64,000 nt of DNA from Neocallimastix sp. 'constans' (Eukaryota): contig JBODTK010000121.1 of NCBI GenBank assembly GCA_050613775.1, forward strand, positions 1 to 64,000, in the 5' to 3' direction. The translations under genes and the position numbers were made by a program. The first letter of the stretch is position 1. Each line of letters starts with the position of its first letter. This document shows positions 15,142 through 28,558 of this stretch, one piece after another. Under the pieces are notes generated by a model. It worked only from the letters and a program-made list of their open reading frames with translations. It did not search any database and was not told the DNA's origin.

Positions 15142-16741
15142 GCTATAAAATTATTTTATATATATAAACTTTATTTTTTAATTTTATATTTAACTCTTTA
15201 AGATAATTAAAATAGTTTATTTCTCTATAAACATCTATAAATAGGTATAAAGTATTAAAAAATTTAAAAAAACAAAATAAGAAAGAGAAGTTCATTCCTT
15301 CAAATTTTTTTTTTTTTTTTTATTCATTTAATATCATATAAGATATTTAATGAAATAAAAATGTTTTTTTTTTTTTTTTTTTTTTTTTTATAACATAAAA
15401 AAAATAAATAATAAAAATAGTAAATAATAAATAATAAATAATTAAAAAGATATAATTAAAAAAGATTATCATCAAAAAAAAAAAAAAAAATTTCATTAAT
15501 TATTCCATTAAAAATAAAATAAAATAAAATAAAATAAAAAAAAAAAAAAAATAAAAAAAAATAAAAACATTTTTATTATTTCTTATTTTTATAAAAAAAA
15601 TACTTCAATTATTTATGAATAAAAATAAAAATAAAATAAATAAATAAAAAAATAAAAAATAAAATAAAATAAAAAAGTAAAGATAAAAAAAAAATAATAA
15701 ATAAAATAAATAATAATAACTAAAAATTATTGTTTAAATAATATAAACAAAAATAATAATTTTCGAAGTATTATAAATATTAAAAATATATAAAAACATT
15801 AGAAAATAATTATAAAAAAAAGGGGGAAAAAGGGAAGTAACTAATGAAACATGTAATAAAAAAATAATAAATAATAAATAATAAATAATAAATAATAAAA
15901 AGATAAATAATAAATAATAAATAATAGATAATAAATAATAAATAATAAATAATAAATAATAAGTAATAAATAATAAATAATAAATAATAAATAATAAATA
16001 AAAGAAAAAGGATAGATAGAAATAATTGTGGTAAGAAAATAAGAGAAATATTATTATTAAAAGTAATAATTATTTAGTTTAGAATATAAAATTTTCTATA
16101 AAAAATTATATAAAAAGAAATAGACCGTCCCAATTTTATGTAATAATTCTATTAAGAACTAACTCAAAATAGAATTATTAACTACAACTTAACGACTAAT
16201 TCATTAAGTTGAGAAAAAAAAAAAAAATTTTTTTTACCTATAGAGTTTATTATAAAATTAATTATAATAATAACACGAAAAGCAAAAGAAGAATTATTTG
16301 TATAAATTTTATTTTAAAAATATGTTTTTTGAATAAAATATTTTATTAATTTATTAAAGTTAAAAATATAAAATTGTTACTATTATAACTATGTTTCTAT
16401 AATAATAACTCTTGATTTCTCAAAGAGAACTCAAGAGCCTTATTTATATTTTTTTTATGAAAATAAGGTTAAATAAGAAAGGGTTTTCTAATCTTAACAA
16501 ATCTCTTATCTAGGAAAAGATTAGATAGAAAAACCTAGATAAGTTTTCGATCGATATTCTATCCATATCTATCATCGCATTAATTAAGTAAAACCGATTT
16601 CTTCTAAAAGTAATTGGGAAAAATCTTAATTAACCGATTTTTCAATCTAATCTAATGATCGAAAATAAAAGAATAAAATAATAAAAGATATTTCGATCAT
16701 ATAATTTATCCTTATATAAAAAATATAAAATTAAATAGTTA

Positions 16742-16830
16742 ATAAAATACAGAATACATTATAAAATACAGGATACATTATAAAATACAGGATACATTAT
16801 AAAATACAGAATACAATACAGAATACATTA
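16742..16830 (+). repeat. 19-bp tandem repeat ATAAAATACAG(A/G)ATACATT, three full copies plus partial ones
   Basis: Directly visible. Confidence 0.9.
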
Positions 16831-17019
16831 GTTACAGTAGAGAAATTAATATATTGTAAATATTATTTAAAATTAATTAAATAAATTTTGTTAAATTAAT
16901 AAATATTTAAAATTAAATTAAATAAATTTAATGAATAAATATTATATGTAATTAAATAAAATTATATTTATAATAACTTAACTAAGAAAAAATATAATTA
17001 TTTGTTAGCAAATAATTAT

Positions 17020-18255
17020 AGATTCTTACATTTTAGGATTCGTTACACCAAGGAATGTTCATTCAAAGAGTCTTCTCCCTCTTTTATATCAAAGTCTTCC
17101 TCTTTTTGTGGTATGAAAAGCTTTATTTTAGAATTATAGTATTTACTAAAATCATCCATTTGGGTTTTGATATTTTCAGCTTTATACAAACTTTTTTAAT
17201 CATGTCGGAATCGGTAATGTCATTATCTCTTGTCATATTATAGATTCCCATTAAGGTATCTTTAATAAACTCAATCATAATTGCACCGTTTTTAAACGAA
17301 CGATTATTATTGGCAATGTTCAATTTTTCTTTTAGTTCTTTTTTAGCTTCATCTCCGGGAAGCCAGAAGATGTTCATTTCATCCCCATCAAAATCGGCTT
17401 GGAAAGCGCTAGCAAAGAACGGATTGATTTGAATGGTACGACAATTACTTGGACATGAACGAACTGCCAGTAACGGGGAAGCTTACAATGTCAGTTGTCG
17501 ATTAATAATAACATAATTATAAGGTTTATCCAAATAGAATCGGTTGGTCAGTGAATTCCTTAGGAATTAAAACCGTATCCAGTGGAGTATCAATATTTGG
17601 TACAATGACAATGTAAAAATTTTCATTTCGATACTGATAATTCAAATATAACAATCTAATGTAGAGAGTGGTAAGATTATTATGAATAGTAATATTACTA
17701 GAATATTTTATAGATGGTCGCATATTAATTGGCAATACTGGGATATTCTTTATAAATGCCTTTTCCATTTTCTTTTGAATCGATGGATCATCCGTAAAAT
17801 CTGATGAACAAATCAACTCGTACATTTCATCAATCATTAATTTTTGATTCCCAAAAGAAAATCCATATTCTGAATACGTTTTCTTATCATTCTTTTTCTT
17901 ACTTCTTATTTTAATTTCCGAATTATTTGCTACGCTTTTCTTATGAAGGGAAAACGAAGCAGGAATTATTCGCTTTTTACGACAAACAGACTTTGAATTA
18001 TTTGATTTATTATATTTGTTACATACAGGGCAAATATACGTAATTTCTTTGCATAGTGTACTTGCAAATAATGGATGTACAATTCTATGATAAAGTGGTA
18101 TTCTTCCTAAATATCCTGGACATTCCATAATTTTCTTACATTGTTTACAAGGAAATTGTGGTTCCAATATTTATGAAGTACTATTATCCACTAATTCATG
18201 AATTTCGGAAATTAAGACAGAATTTCATTGTGATAGTGTAAATTTGATATAAAGT
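17020..18255 (-). pseudogene. Disrupted, highly compact DNA-directed RNA polymerase largest subunit (RPB1/beta-prime family), probably of viral or plasmid origin
   Basis: Motifs occur in canonical order: clamp Zn region CKQC...CPGYLGRIPL...HPLF...CPVC; IPVLPINMRPS; VIVPNIDTPLDTVLIP. After a frameshift near 17530, manual translation gives VIINRQLTL*...TIQINPFFASAFQADFDGDEMNIF (catalytic DFDGD at ~17378-17400), then EAKKE...KDTLMGIYNMT. In-frame stops and truncation are present. Confidence 0.88.
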
Positions 18256-18339
18256 TTGGATATTATGTTAATAGTATTATTATTATACTTATAAATATAA
18301 AAGTAATATATAAAACATATATAATATTTAAATATAATT

Positions 18340-21300
18340 ATATTAGTAAAGAATTATATTCGTTACTTTGATAATTATATACATCTATTGTTCTATCTTT
18401 ATGCTTTCAGTAATTTGTGATATTATTATTATTTGTATGTTTTTCATACATAGAAATATTATATCAATATTTAATATATAAAATAGTACTATAAAAATCA
18501 TAAATATTATATTATTATTTTAACAAATATTATATATTAATTAATGATTATGACTGAGACATAACCGTTTGTAAAGAAACTTTGATAATGGTACAAATTA
18601 ATGGCTACCTGGGAATGACGTGTAGATCCCCATTTTTGGACATCGGTTTTGTCACATAATTTTAGATATCCACTTTTAGTATTAGATGAATCATTATTTC
18701 TCTCACCTTTTCCTAAACATTCAATTAAAGATAATGGTGATTTAATTAATCCATTGCTTACATATTCAAAAACGCCATTATCTTTATTATTACAACTATC
18801 TACTTTTTGTTTACCATTTTCAACATCATCAAGATATAAATATTTATTTATATTAAGAGCTGAATGAATATAATTTTTATTATGAGAATTAAAATACAAT
18901 TTGAATTTGTTATTAGATCCACAATTACCGATTAATGGTTTATATGGTTTACTTTGTTTTCACTAGCTATTACAGACTGTGCGTATAAGCATTGTTTCAA
19001 ATTAAGATTATATATCCATACAGGTGTATCGTTAGAATCAATAATTTGATATGAAATTATAGTAGTTGTAGATTGAGTATTAATAATACCACACCAATCT
19101 CCATTTTCAACACCCATAAACCACCATTTTCATCAGTAGAAACTATTTGGATATTTTGATCTTTACAACATGAATAACCTTGATTTTTGATTGTAGATGG
19201 ACAATTATCATCAAATGAAATAGTTCCTGTTGTTTTTCGAGTTTCAATAATTCCACACCAATCATTATTTTCAAAACCCCAACTACCAGATTCATAAATT
19301 TGAACTACTTCTGTATTTGGATTGAAACAACATGGATACCCTAATATTTCAGACCAGCATGTTTGAGTATTTCTTTATTTGGATTTATTAATATCAGGAT
19401 CTGTTTCAATAATATCATAAATAGTTCAACTATTCTATTACCATTAATATTTTCAATAATCCATTCAGAATAGTCACCATTTAATTCTTCAAAACTTAGA
19501 TATTCACAATTAAGGTAATAACGTTTAGGGTCTTTATTATTTTTGACACGAATGTACTTATCAATAATATTGAAATAGAAATAATGATTAACTTGTTCAT
19601 TAGAATCCTTACATTCATCTAACCCTGGATCTATTGAATTGATAACATACAAGCATTTGTTATAAATTGCTGAAAAATAAAATTATTTTATATAATTTAA
19701 TATATATATATATAATTTCATTATCTCTAATATACTATATGCTATTATCATCACATTCACCTAATCTTATTCTAGCTGAATCAACTTGATCTTCAATAAG
19801 TCATTGTAAAATATTTTTGTTACGAATACGATATTTAGATTCAATGATAACTTCATCAATACCACAATATTCACCATCTTCAATACCCCCAAGAATCATT
19901 TTCATCAATTTCTTCTACTTTAAGGTCTACTGAAGAACAACATGGATAAGGATTATCTAAAACAGAAAATGAACATCTTTCATAACCAATACCACATAAT
20001 TCACCATTTTCTATACCCCAGTTACCAATATTATCAACATATTTAACTTTAATATTTTGATTAGAACAACAAGGGAACATACGTTTTGCAAATCTAGTTG
20101 AACATATTAAATTATCATATTCTTTAGATTTTAATGTTATAGGAATTATATTATATTTACCATTCAAACATTTAGTATTATCAAGATGAGCACAACTAAT
20201 ACCATCTTTAAGAGTGAAATCTTCATATTTGTTATTCTTTTTACATTCTTGTATATACAATCCATCCTCTAAAGAACTAATATTTTCTAAATTATAATTT
20301 AAACATTTACCATAGTATGCTGAAATAATTGAAATAAATTTTCCTTTACCACTTGATTTAAAATGCCATTGATTTAATATATTTTTGATATATCGATAAT
20401 CGGTTTTAATGATATTATTACCTAATTTATTAATTTAACGTTGAAGACATGGTATTTTTTATTAGTATCTTTTCTAAAAGAATTTTCAAATAAATCAAAA
20501 ATACTTTCAAAAGGTGCTTGTGAGATCCAATATTTGTATCTGACCAAACAAATTGTAACCAATTATCTACTTCGGCTTTATTTGTTTGAAAATTTGAATT
20601 AGTAGGAGCAATATTTTGATAAATCGCACGTATACTATCTAAATTAGGATAATCTACTATAAACCAATTATTAGAAATATATTTAGGATTTTCAACAATA
20701 AATTCAGTTAATCTAGTATTTACATAATTAGCAAATTGTTAAATACTACACCCAAATATATTTGTAACAAATTTAATATATTAACAATAAATTTTTCATC
20801 TTTATATAATTGACGTGAATATAAAACTATTTTACCTCTTGCTTTATCAAGTTTTGGAACATAATTCTCCTTATAAAAATATTCACCATATTTTTTATGA
20901 TTAAATGCAGTATTCATAATTAATCCTTTAATATTATTAGTTTTTTCCGAAATACTTTCTTTAGATATATGAAAAATAATTGTTTCTTTCTTATGGTTAT
21001 CTATAAATTTTACACATTCATCGATTACATCTCAATAATAAAGAATTTTATAATCATTTTTTGTATCTACACAAAAAAATGTATTTATAATAGGAAGACC
21101 ATTTGCATGAGAAAGAAATATATTATTGGGTTTCTCATTAGTAGTTGAAAGTCTTATATCAAAATATCTAATCCCATTGTTTAATTTTTCTGTAATATCC
21201 ATATCTTGTGTTTTTTAATATTCAATAACCAGTGAATTTATAGCCCATGAAGATATAAATAGATTTTGAAGTATAACATTTTCAATATTACTGTTTAATA

Positions 21301-21469
21301 ATTTACCAATAGCATAAGTTCCGCTATCATGAGTACCTGGAATATTAATTTGAGTAATATTTAATGTTCCATCAATATAACTCATCCAATTAGCATCAAT
21401 ACTGTCTTCTGCATTAACATGACTAAATAATGTTACCCAACAACTAATAACAATTAATAAAAATTTCAT
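18340..21469 (-). pseudogene. Secreted PI-specific phospholipase C (PI-PLC X domain) fused to ricin-like repeats and multiple fungal dockerin (CBM10-type) domains; many stops and frameshifts
   Basis: Signal peptide, then NWMSYI...IPGTHDSGT. Past the stop at 21215: KTQDMDITEKLNNGIRYFDIRL...FLSHA. Dockerin motifs PCCS...VDNIGNWGIENGELCGI, YPCCSS...DENDSWG and GVENGDWCGI lie in the fragments at 18932-20260. Confidence 0.82.
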
Positions 21470-21789
21470 TATTTTTATTTTATATTTTATTTAAAAATAT
21501 TTTTTTATTTTATTACATTTAAAAAATCATTTTAATAATAAAATAATAATCAATAATTACGTATATTATTAATTGTTATAATAAATTCATATTTTTTTTT
21601 GTATGAAGTTTAGTGATAATGAACACTTTTACGTTGACTTTCAAAATTTATACATACAATAAAAAATATATAAATATTTATAATAATTATATATAACTTT
21701 TATTATACAAATAAATCAATATATTAAATATATATTGTTTTAATAAATTTTTCAATATTTATATTGCAATAAATTTATGTCTAAATTAT

Positions 21790-24470
21790 AATATTTATGA
21801 AGATTTCAATATATAAGAGCAATGATTTTGTATACATTTGAGATATAATTTAAGACAATTGAAATCTTTTCTACTCCTTCGTACTCCTTTATTACTATTT
21901 CAGTACTATTAATATTTTCATAGATGAATGGGAAAGTACGATCAGGAAGAATACAGTATCTACTGTCATTTTCTAGGATGGTAAGTTCTCCCTTACTCGA
22001 AAATAACCGCCACCTCATGTTCTTCATTGGGAGGCCTGATCTGGAGTCTGTTCGGGGCTCCAGAGAGGGGGATTCGATGCCGTCGTCATCATCAACCATC
22101 CTCCATCACCAATTTGATGATGCACCAGTATATCCTATTTTGTTGAGACAACCTTCACCAAATGTTTTAAATATATTTAATTAACTTTTTATTCTAATGG
22201 TTTTTAAGTAATGTATTTTTAATATATTTTAGTAGTATGTTCATCATCATCAGGAATTAATTTATCATTTTCTTCTAGATTTAAATCTCCCTATCCATGC
22301 TTTTTCAAATTGATGGACTTCCTTTCTTTCCCCCTCCTCACATGAAATATACTTTTCACCAATGGCATCATTTAACGCTTCAACTGAAATTGTATGACGC
22401 TCAATGAGGTAGCTATGGGAAATACAATCTAAAAATTTCATCGATCGATACGACCATTATGAGCTGAGACGATGAGGAAACTTTTACATCTTTCCATTAA
22501 ACAAATAGTAAGACCCGCTGCTGTTATAAACAGTGTATTGGTAGTCACGGCCTCCTTCTGGCAGAATTCCATGAAATCCTTATGATTAATTTTAGAAAAT
22601 TCACCCTTTCTGGTATTTGGTTTCGGAAGACAGTGGACATCCGCCTTTCGGTAAACAAATGGAGAATTGTGAACGGTAATTCCATCCAATAAATTCTTAT
22701 AATAATTCTTTTCCTTTTCAAGGGCTTTCGCTTCATTGGCATTATACTCCAACGTATATTCGAAGAAGGTATAGTTCTTAGGAAGGACTTCTCCTCCAGC
22801 ATAAATATCTTCTATATCATTCATTCATTAAAACTTTGTAGGACTGACTGTCACTGATGATGTGATTGATACTGAAGTAGAGATAGTTGTGGACTTCCAT
22901 TTTATAAATGGTAACTTGGTACATGAGTTCATCCGGTGTAAAATAGTAAGGAACAAGAATATTCTTCTTCTTTTCAGTCTACTCTACTAATTTTGCATAT
23001 TCCATGTTGGGATAAACTTCCATATTGAGGACATCGCCATCAAATAATAACTTCTTTAAATATCAGTTCCTTATCGTAGAGGCCTTCCAACACTTCCGGT
23101 GAAACGTTTTCCCCCATTACTCAAGATACAAGATAATTAAATTTTTTTTACGACCAATTAGGTATAAATGGTTCTCCTTAAAGTAGCCGAGATCTCAGGT
23201 GCGAATCCAACCATCCTTTGTATAAATATTTTTTGAGTTTCCTTAGGATTTTTGTAGTAACCTTTCATGCACGACTTGGATTTGATTTGAATTTCGTCAT
23301 CAATAATTCTGATCTTACAGGAGGGATCAATCATCCCAACCGATGAACAGTATTTAGGATTAAAATCAGGAAGAGTTCCCTTACTCGAAGTTTCCGTCAT
23401 CCCATAGTCCTGACCAATTCTAAAATCTAATTCTTCATAAGCATTAGCTAACTCAGGCGAGAGAAATCCTCCATCACTGAAGATTCTTTTTTTTTTTTTT
23501 TTAAAATTTTTTCCAAATATTCTATTTTTAGGCTCCGCCTTGGAGATATTGGGATTTTTTTCCCGAATAAATTTGACACGATTTAAAAGATTTTTCGTGA
23601 TGAGTGGGACGATATTCATAGGAGTAGGTTGATAAAGCTGAAAATTATGGACTAAATTTTCCATTTTTAAATTAAAACAAATCCTATGGCTATATCTTAA
23701 ACCTCCGAAAAAGTCACAAGTTAAAAAGATATGGTAATACGGAAGGATCTGTAAGTACACCTCATTCTTATTTACTATTGAAGAAAAGACACGATCAATC
23801 AAATTTTCATTGGTTAAAACAACAGATCTCTTCTTTCCTGTGGTATCCGAAGTAAAAATAACTTAAACATTTTAATTCTTTTTTACATGGCAAATTATTC
23901 CTTTCTTTTCATACTGATTTATGACATCGATAAAATCTTTTTCCTCATTATCTTCTTCTTCACTTCTATCATCAAGGATATTCTTTCCTCTGATGTCCTT
24001 CTCAATTGGAATAAAATACTAAACCTTTGGACATTTTCTTTCAAATTTGAAATTTTGGACTGATATTTAGTTTCATAAAATAAGATATCAATATCTGAGA
24101 AATCGATACAGTAGATTAAGGTATTCATTTCAAGAGAAGGATCAATAGGAACTGTTAAATTTCCACTAAATATAGTAGCAAGATAAATCATGAAATAGTT
24201 TAAATCATGAAATGTTTACATTTCCTACACCTAAAAGACCAACATGAATTGGTTTTAAAGGACTTTCATTTAAATCATTAATCCATAAAAGAATATGATT
24301 CACAGTTAGACGATACTTCCTTATGGGAAATTTTTTTCATTTCATTATCATTTTGATAATTAATGAAAGGTTTAGTTTTATAGAGTTTTCTTGCCTCTAA
24401 AACTAAATCTTTAATGGCTTTAACATTTTTACTTTTGACACCATAGTCATTTTGAATTTATGATTTAAAT
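21790..24470 (-). pseudogene. Fragmented AMP-binding (long-chain acyl-CoA ligase/adenylation) domain joined to a partial NRPS-type condensation domain; bacterial-like
   Basis: Manual and ORF translation: IFTSDTTGKK (P-loop, ~23830-23860), LPYYH, DYGMTETS, MKGYYKNP, GRKKNLII...ENVSPE (~23090-23155), and YFSINHIISDSQS (HHxxxDG-like, ~22840-22885) followed by YTLEY...EKEKNYY...HNGR. Locally higher GC. Inclusion of 21790-22300 is tentative. Confidence 0.78.
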
Positions 24471-24989
24471 ATAGTTTTATAGAATTTATTAATAAAATTA
24501 ATCTTTTTTTTTTTTTTTATTATTATTATAATGAATTAATTTTATTATATGATATATTATTAAATTAAAAGTTTAATTTTTTTTTTGTTTTAATTTATTT
24601 AAATTATTTTTATATTAAAGATATCAATATATTTTTTATATTTTATTTTTAACTTTTTATTTTTTTTAATTTTTTTAAAATATTTTTATACTAAAATATA
24701 CTATTTTATATATTTATATAATTATTAAATTTTTTAATAAGAATAATTTATTTAATATAATTTTTATTATTTTAATTATTTATAAAATATGATATTCTAT
24801 ATCATTAAAAATTATTTTTTATTTCATTTCATTTGATTTTTTTTTTTTTTTATTTTATTTTATTTTTTTTTTATTTTTATAATAATATTAATATATATGT
24901 CATTAAAAAAAATTTCATTAAATTATCATAATAATAATATTATTATATAATATTAACTATGGGAAATATATTTTGAAATTTTTTAGATC

Positions 24990-25020
<31 letters not shown>

Positions 25021-26204
25021 TCTTTGTTCTTATATAAAAAAATAATTTTTTTATATAAAATATAATCATAATGTTTATGAATTGATTTAATTCTAATAAA
25101 TTTTAAAATATATTATTACTTTTAAAAAAGTATAATTCACATATAAATATCAATTTTTTTTTTTTTTAATTTTTTTATTTTAAAATTTTTTTTACTATAG
25201 AGATATAAATTAAATAATAGAAGAATATAGTTAAATTATATTTTGAAAGAATCATTAAAAACTTTATTATCAATTTTAATTTTGCCATAATTCTCATAAT
25301 TCTATTGTTATATTACTCTATAAAAATAATTTTATTTATTAGAAATTAGTGCTAATTTTCTTTACAGTTATTACAAATTTAAATAGAATATTCTTATTGA
25401 ATAGCTCTAAATTGGAAAATCTATTTTTTTTTTTTTTTTTTGTAATTATATAAAAAGAAGTGTAATATTCATTTTCTTTTTTTTTTTAATTGAAATTAGT
25501 CAGGTCATAATTTTTAAGTCGTTAACAAATTACTGTATACTACTATTAAATCCGTTAACTTTATTTTTCTTTTTATTCACAAAATCAATCTTTCTAAAAA
25601 CTTCATTGACATCTATTTCTTCTGATTATATTCTTGAAACAATTACACAAATTTAATAATAAACATCCGCTACGATGATTTCCATACAAACAACGAAGTT
25701 TATATCATTTGATAACACCGTACCAATTTGTTTGTCAGATAAATATAAATCATAATGGAGTTCTCAAATCTTTTGAAAATCTTTTACTTAATATAATAAA
25801 CTGCTGGAATAAGTAATTATAATATTTTCTTTTTCATCTAAAGTTAAAATAATATTAAATAAAAAAAAATTAATAATATATTTAATAATTTTATTTTAAA
25901 TAAAATAAATTTATGTAAACAATTAAAATTTATATAAAATATTTATATTTATATTTATCTATTTATATTTTTTTTTTTTTAATTTTAAAAATAACTCTAT
26001 ATTTATAATATTTATTTATTTATTTATTTACTTATTAATTTATGATTTTTAGATATAAATATTTTTATGTTTTTTTAATCCATAATATTTTTTACATCTT
26101 TTTATTTTAATAAAAAAATTTCTTTAAAGTTTTTGCTTTAATTATTATTTTATGTATTTTTCTAATTTAATAAATATATTAATAATTAGGTATTAATAAA
26201 AAAC

Positions 26205-27170
26205 AGATGAGGTGCATTTCGAAAAGTTGCATTTCTAGATTTGACGTTCATATTGTTATAATTAAAAAAAAAAAAAAAAAAAAACTAAATAATTAAAACT
26301 AATTTATTCATAATTAAATAAACTAAATAAATGATAAATTACTTAATATTAATAACAAATAAAAAATAATAAAATAAAATATTTATTTAAAAGATTATAA
26401 ACCAAGCATATTTAATTAGATATATTTATTTAAATATTTTATTAAATTATTTTATTATAAATGGAAAAAAATATTTTATTATAAATGGAAGTAAATATAA
26501 ATATTGAAATAAGGGAAACTAATAGAGGAAAAAAACAAATTATTATTAACAAAAAATATAAATTTAATTTTTCATCTAAAAAAAGCATTATTTTAAAGTA
26601 TTATAAATGTACCGAATATAAAACTTTAAATAAATGTAAATCTTTCATTATTTTAAACGACAAAAAGGAAATTTTAAAATATGAAAGTTTATATAATTAT
26701 CTTAAAAAAGAATTTGATGCATCTATATTAAATTGTAAAATAAAAAATTAAAGATTTTAGAAAAAGTTCAATTCCATTGGGTATAAAAACTAAATATATA
26801 TTACATAAAGTTTCACAAGAAATGGGATTTATATGCCCTGAATATATAACAATTAAATCCCAAATAACAAGAGAAATAAATATACAATTACCTCGGGAGC
26901 AAAGTTTTGATGAATTTCTTGATGAATCAAAATATTATAAAATTAAAGAAATGAAAATTTTATGATATTCAAGAATCTAAATTTAATAATCTTTCAATCC
27001 CCATTCTGGGAAAAATTATTTATGAAATATAATAAAGATATATATGCAGAAGGTACTTTTTATATTCACCTAAATTTAGTAATCAAGTGTTCATTACTAG
27101 AACTTATATTAAAGATTTAAATAGTTTTTCGATATTAAAAAATAAGTAAAGAACTACTTATTAAATGTTA
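26205..27170 (+). mobile_element. Mutator-like (MULE) DNA transposon remnant: left TIR plus broken transposase
   Basis: TIR-like GATGAGGTGCATTTCGAAAAGTTGCATTTCTAGATTTGACGTT, related to 51908. FLYWCH-like ORF (ETNRGKKQIII...YKCTEYK...CKS), and downstream IFQSPF...DIYAEGTFYI resembling the first DDE motif (DGTF). Confidence 0.75.
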
Positions 27171-27260
27171 TTTGAAGAAAAAAAAATCTAATAAGTATGG
27201 CAATAATACTATAATTATTCCAAAAAATTTTGTTATTTCGAAAAAGACATATCTAATTTA

Positions 27261-27307
<47 letters not shown>

Positions 27308-27912
27308 CTGTTATCATTATCATTATTATTATTATTATTGTTATAAATTATTATTATTATTATTGTAACTATTATTATTTATTAATATAATTTATCCTTT
27401 ACCATATTACAATATTTATATTTTTATATACATTAAAATTTAAATTAAAATTAATATATCTTGTAATATATTGTTATATTAAAATTAATGTAATGTAATT
27501 TATAAGCCATTAAAATTCAAAATTAAATATAAATTAAAGTTACATTCATTAAAATTATTTGTTAAAAATATAAATTAAAAATTTAATATATTAAGTTTAA
27601 TATTTAATAATTTAGATTACTTCATTTTCAAAATTTTTAAACATTAAATTTATGATCAATTATTACATTTTTGGATGGTTCATTTAAAGACAAAATAAAA
27701 TTTTTTTTAATTACACAAAAAATTAAACAAAAAATTTATTATAAGAAAAAAATAATAAAAAAAGAAAAAAAAAAAAATTAATATATGAAAAATTAAATAA
27801 ATGTATAAGTAAATAACAATTAAATATGTTTTATTATATAAATTAATGAATGAGTTAATATGTAGATAAATCATTAGTAATATAGTTTTATTTTTTTTAT
27901 TTTTTATAGTTT

Positions 27913-28110
27913 ACATTCTAACAGTAAAAATTTTTTTTTTTTTCAAACTGTAAAATATATTTAATTATTAAGTAGAAATTCTTTTTATTTCGATTAACTT
28001 GTTTTATAAAACATTCTAACAAAAAAAAAGTTTTTTTTTTTTCAAATTGTAAAATCTATTTAATTATAAAGTAGAAATTCCTTTTATTTTAGTTAATTTG
28101 TTCTATAAAA
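27913..28110. repeat. Imperfect tandem duplication, ~98 bp x2
   Basis: ACATTCTAAC...TGTAAAAT...AAGTAGAAATTC occurs twice. Confidence 0.85.
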
Positions 28111-28517
28111 TTATTTATTTACAAATTTATTTATTAAAATTTTAAAAAGCAACACTTCATAAAAATACATCGAATTTAAAATGTTCTAGAATAAAATTTA
28201 AAAATTGTATTTTATCTATTACTTAATAAAAAAGGAGAGAAAATTTTGTATTTGGAAATAATTAGCCTTAAATTAATAAAAATTTGAAGTTCTTAAAATT
28301 CTAAGGCATTATTATTTAATTAATCACATGCGGTTGATAAATTCATTTAGAATTTCGAATATTAACAAAAGGTGGTACGAATTAGTATGGATTTTCCACT
28401 AAAAATATTTATTTTATTTTATTAATTAATTATTACTTATTTAATTATTTTATATTTATTATATTTCAATTCTAATAATTAAAAAATATTATATAATTAA
28501 AGTTTAAAATATACATA

Positions 28518-28558
<41 letters not shown>

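Noticed and set aside
17123..18167. Functional host RPB1/RPC1 gene with introns
   Set aside because: In-frame stops fall inside conserved motifs, the spacing leaves no room for introns, and the gene is truncated soon after the catalytic region.
25500..25840. Possible small gene in a slightly GC-richer patch
   Set aside because: No open frame or recognisable motif was found.
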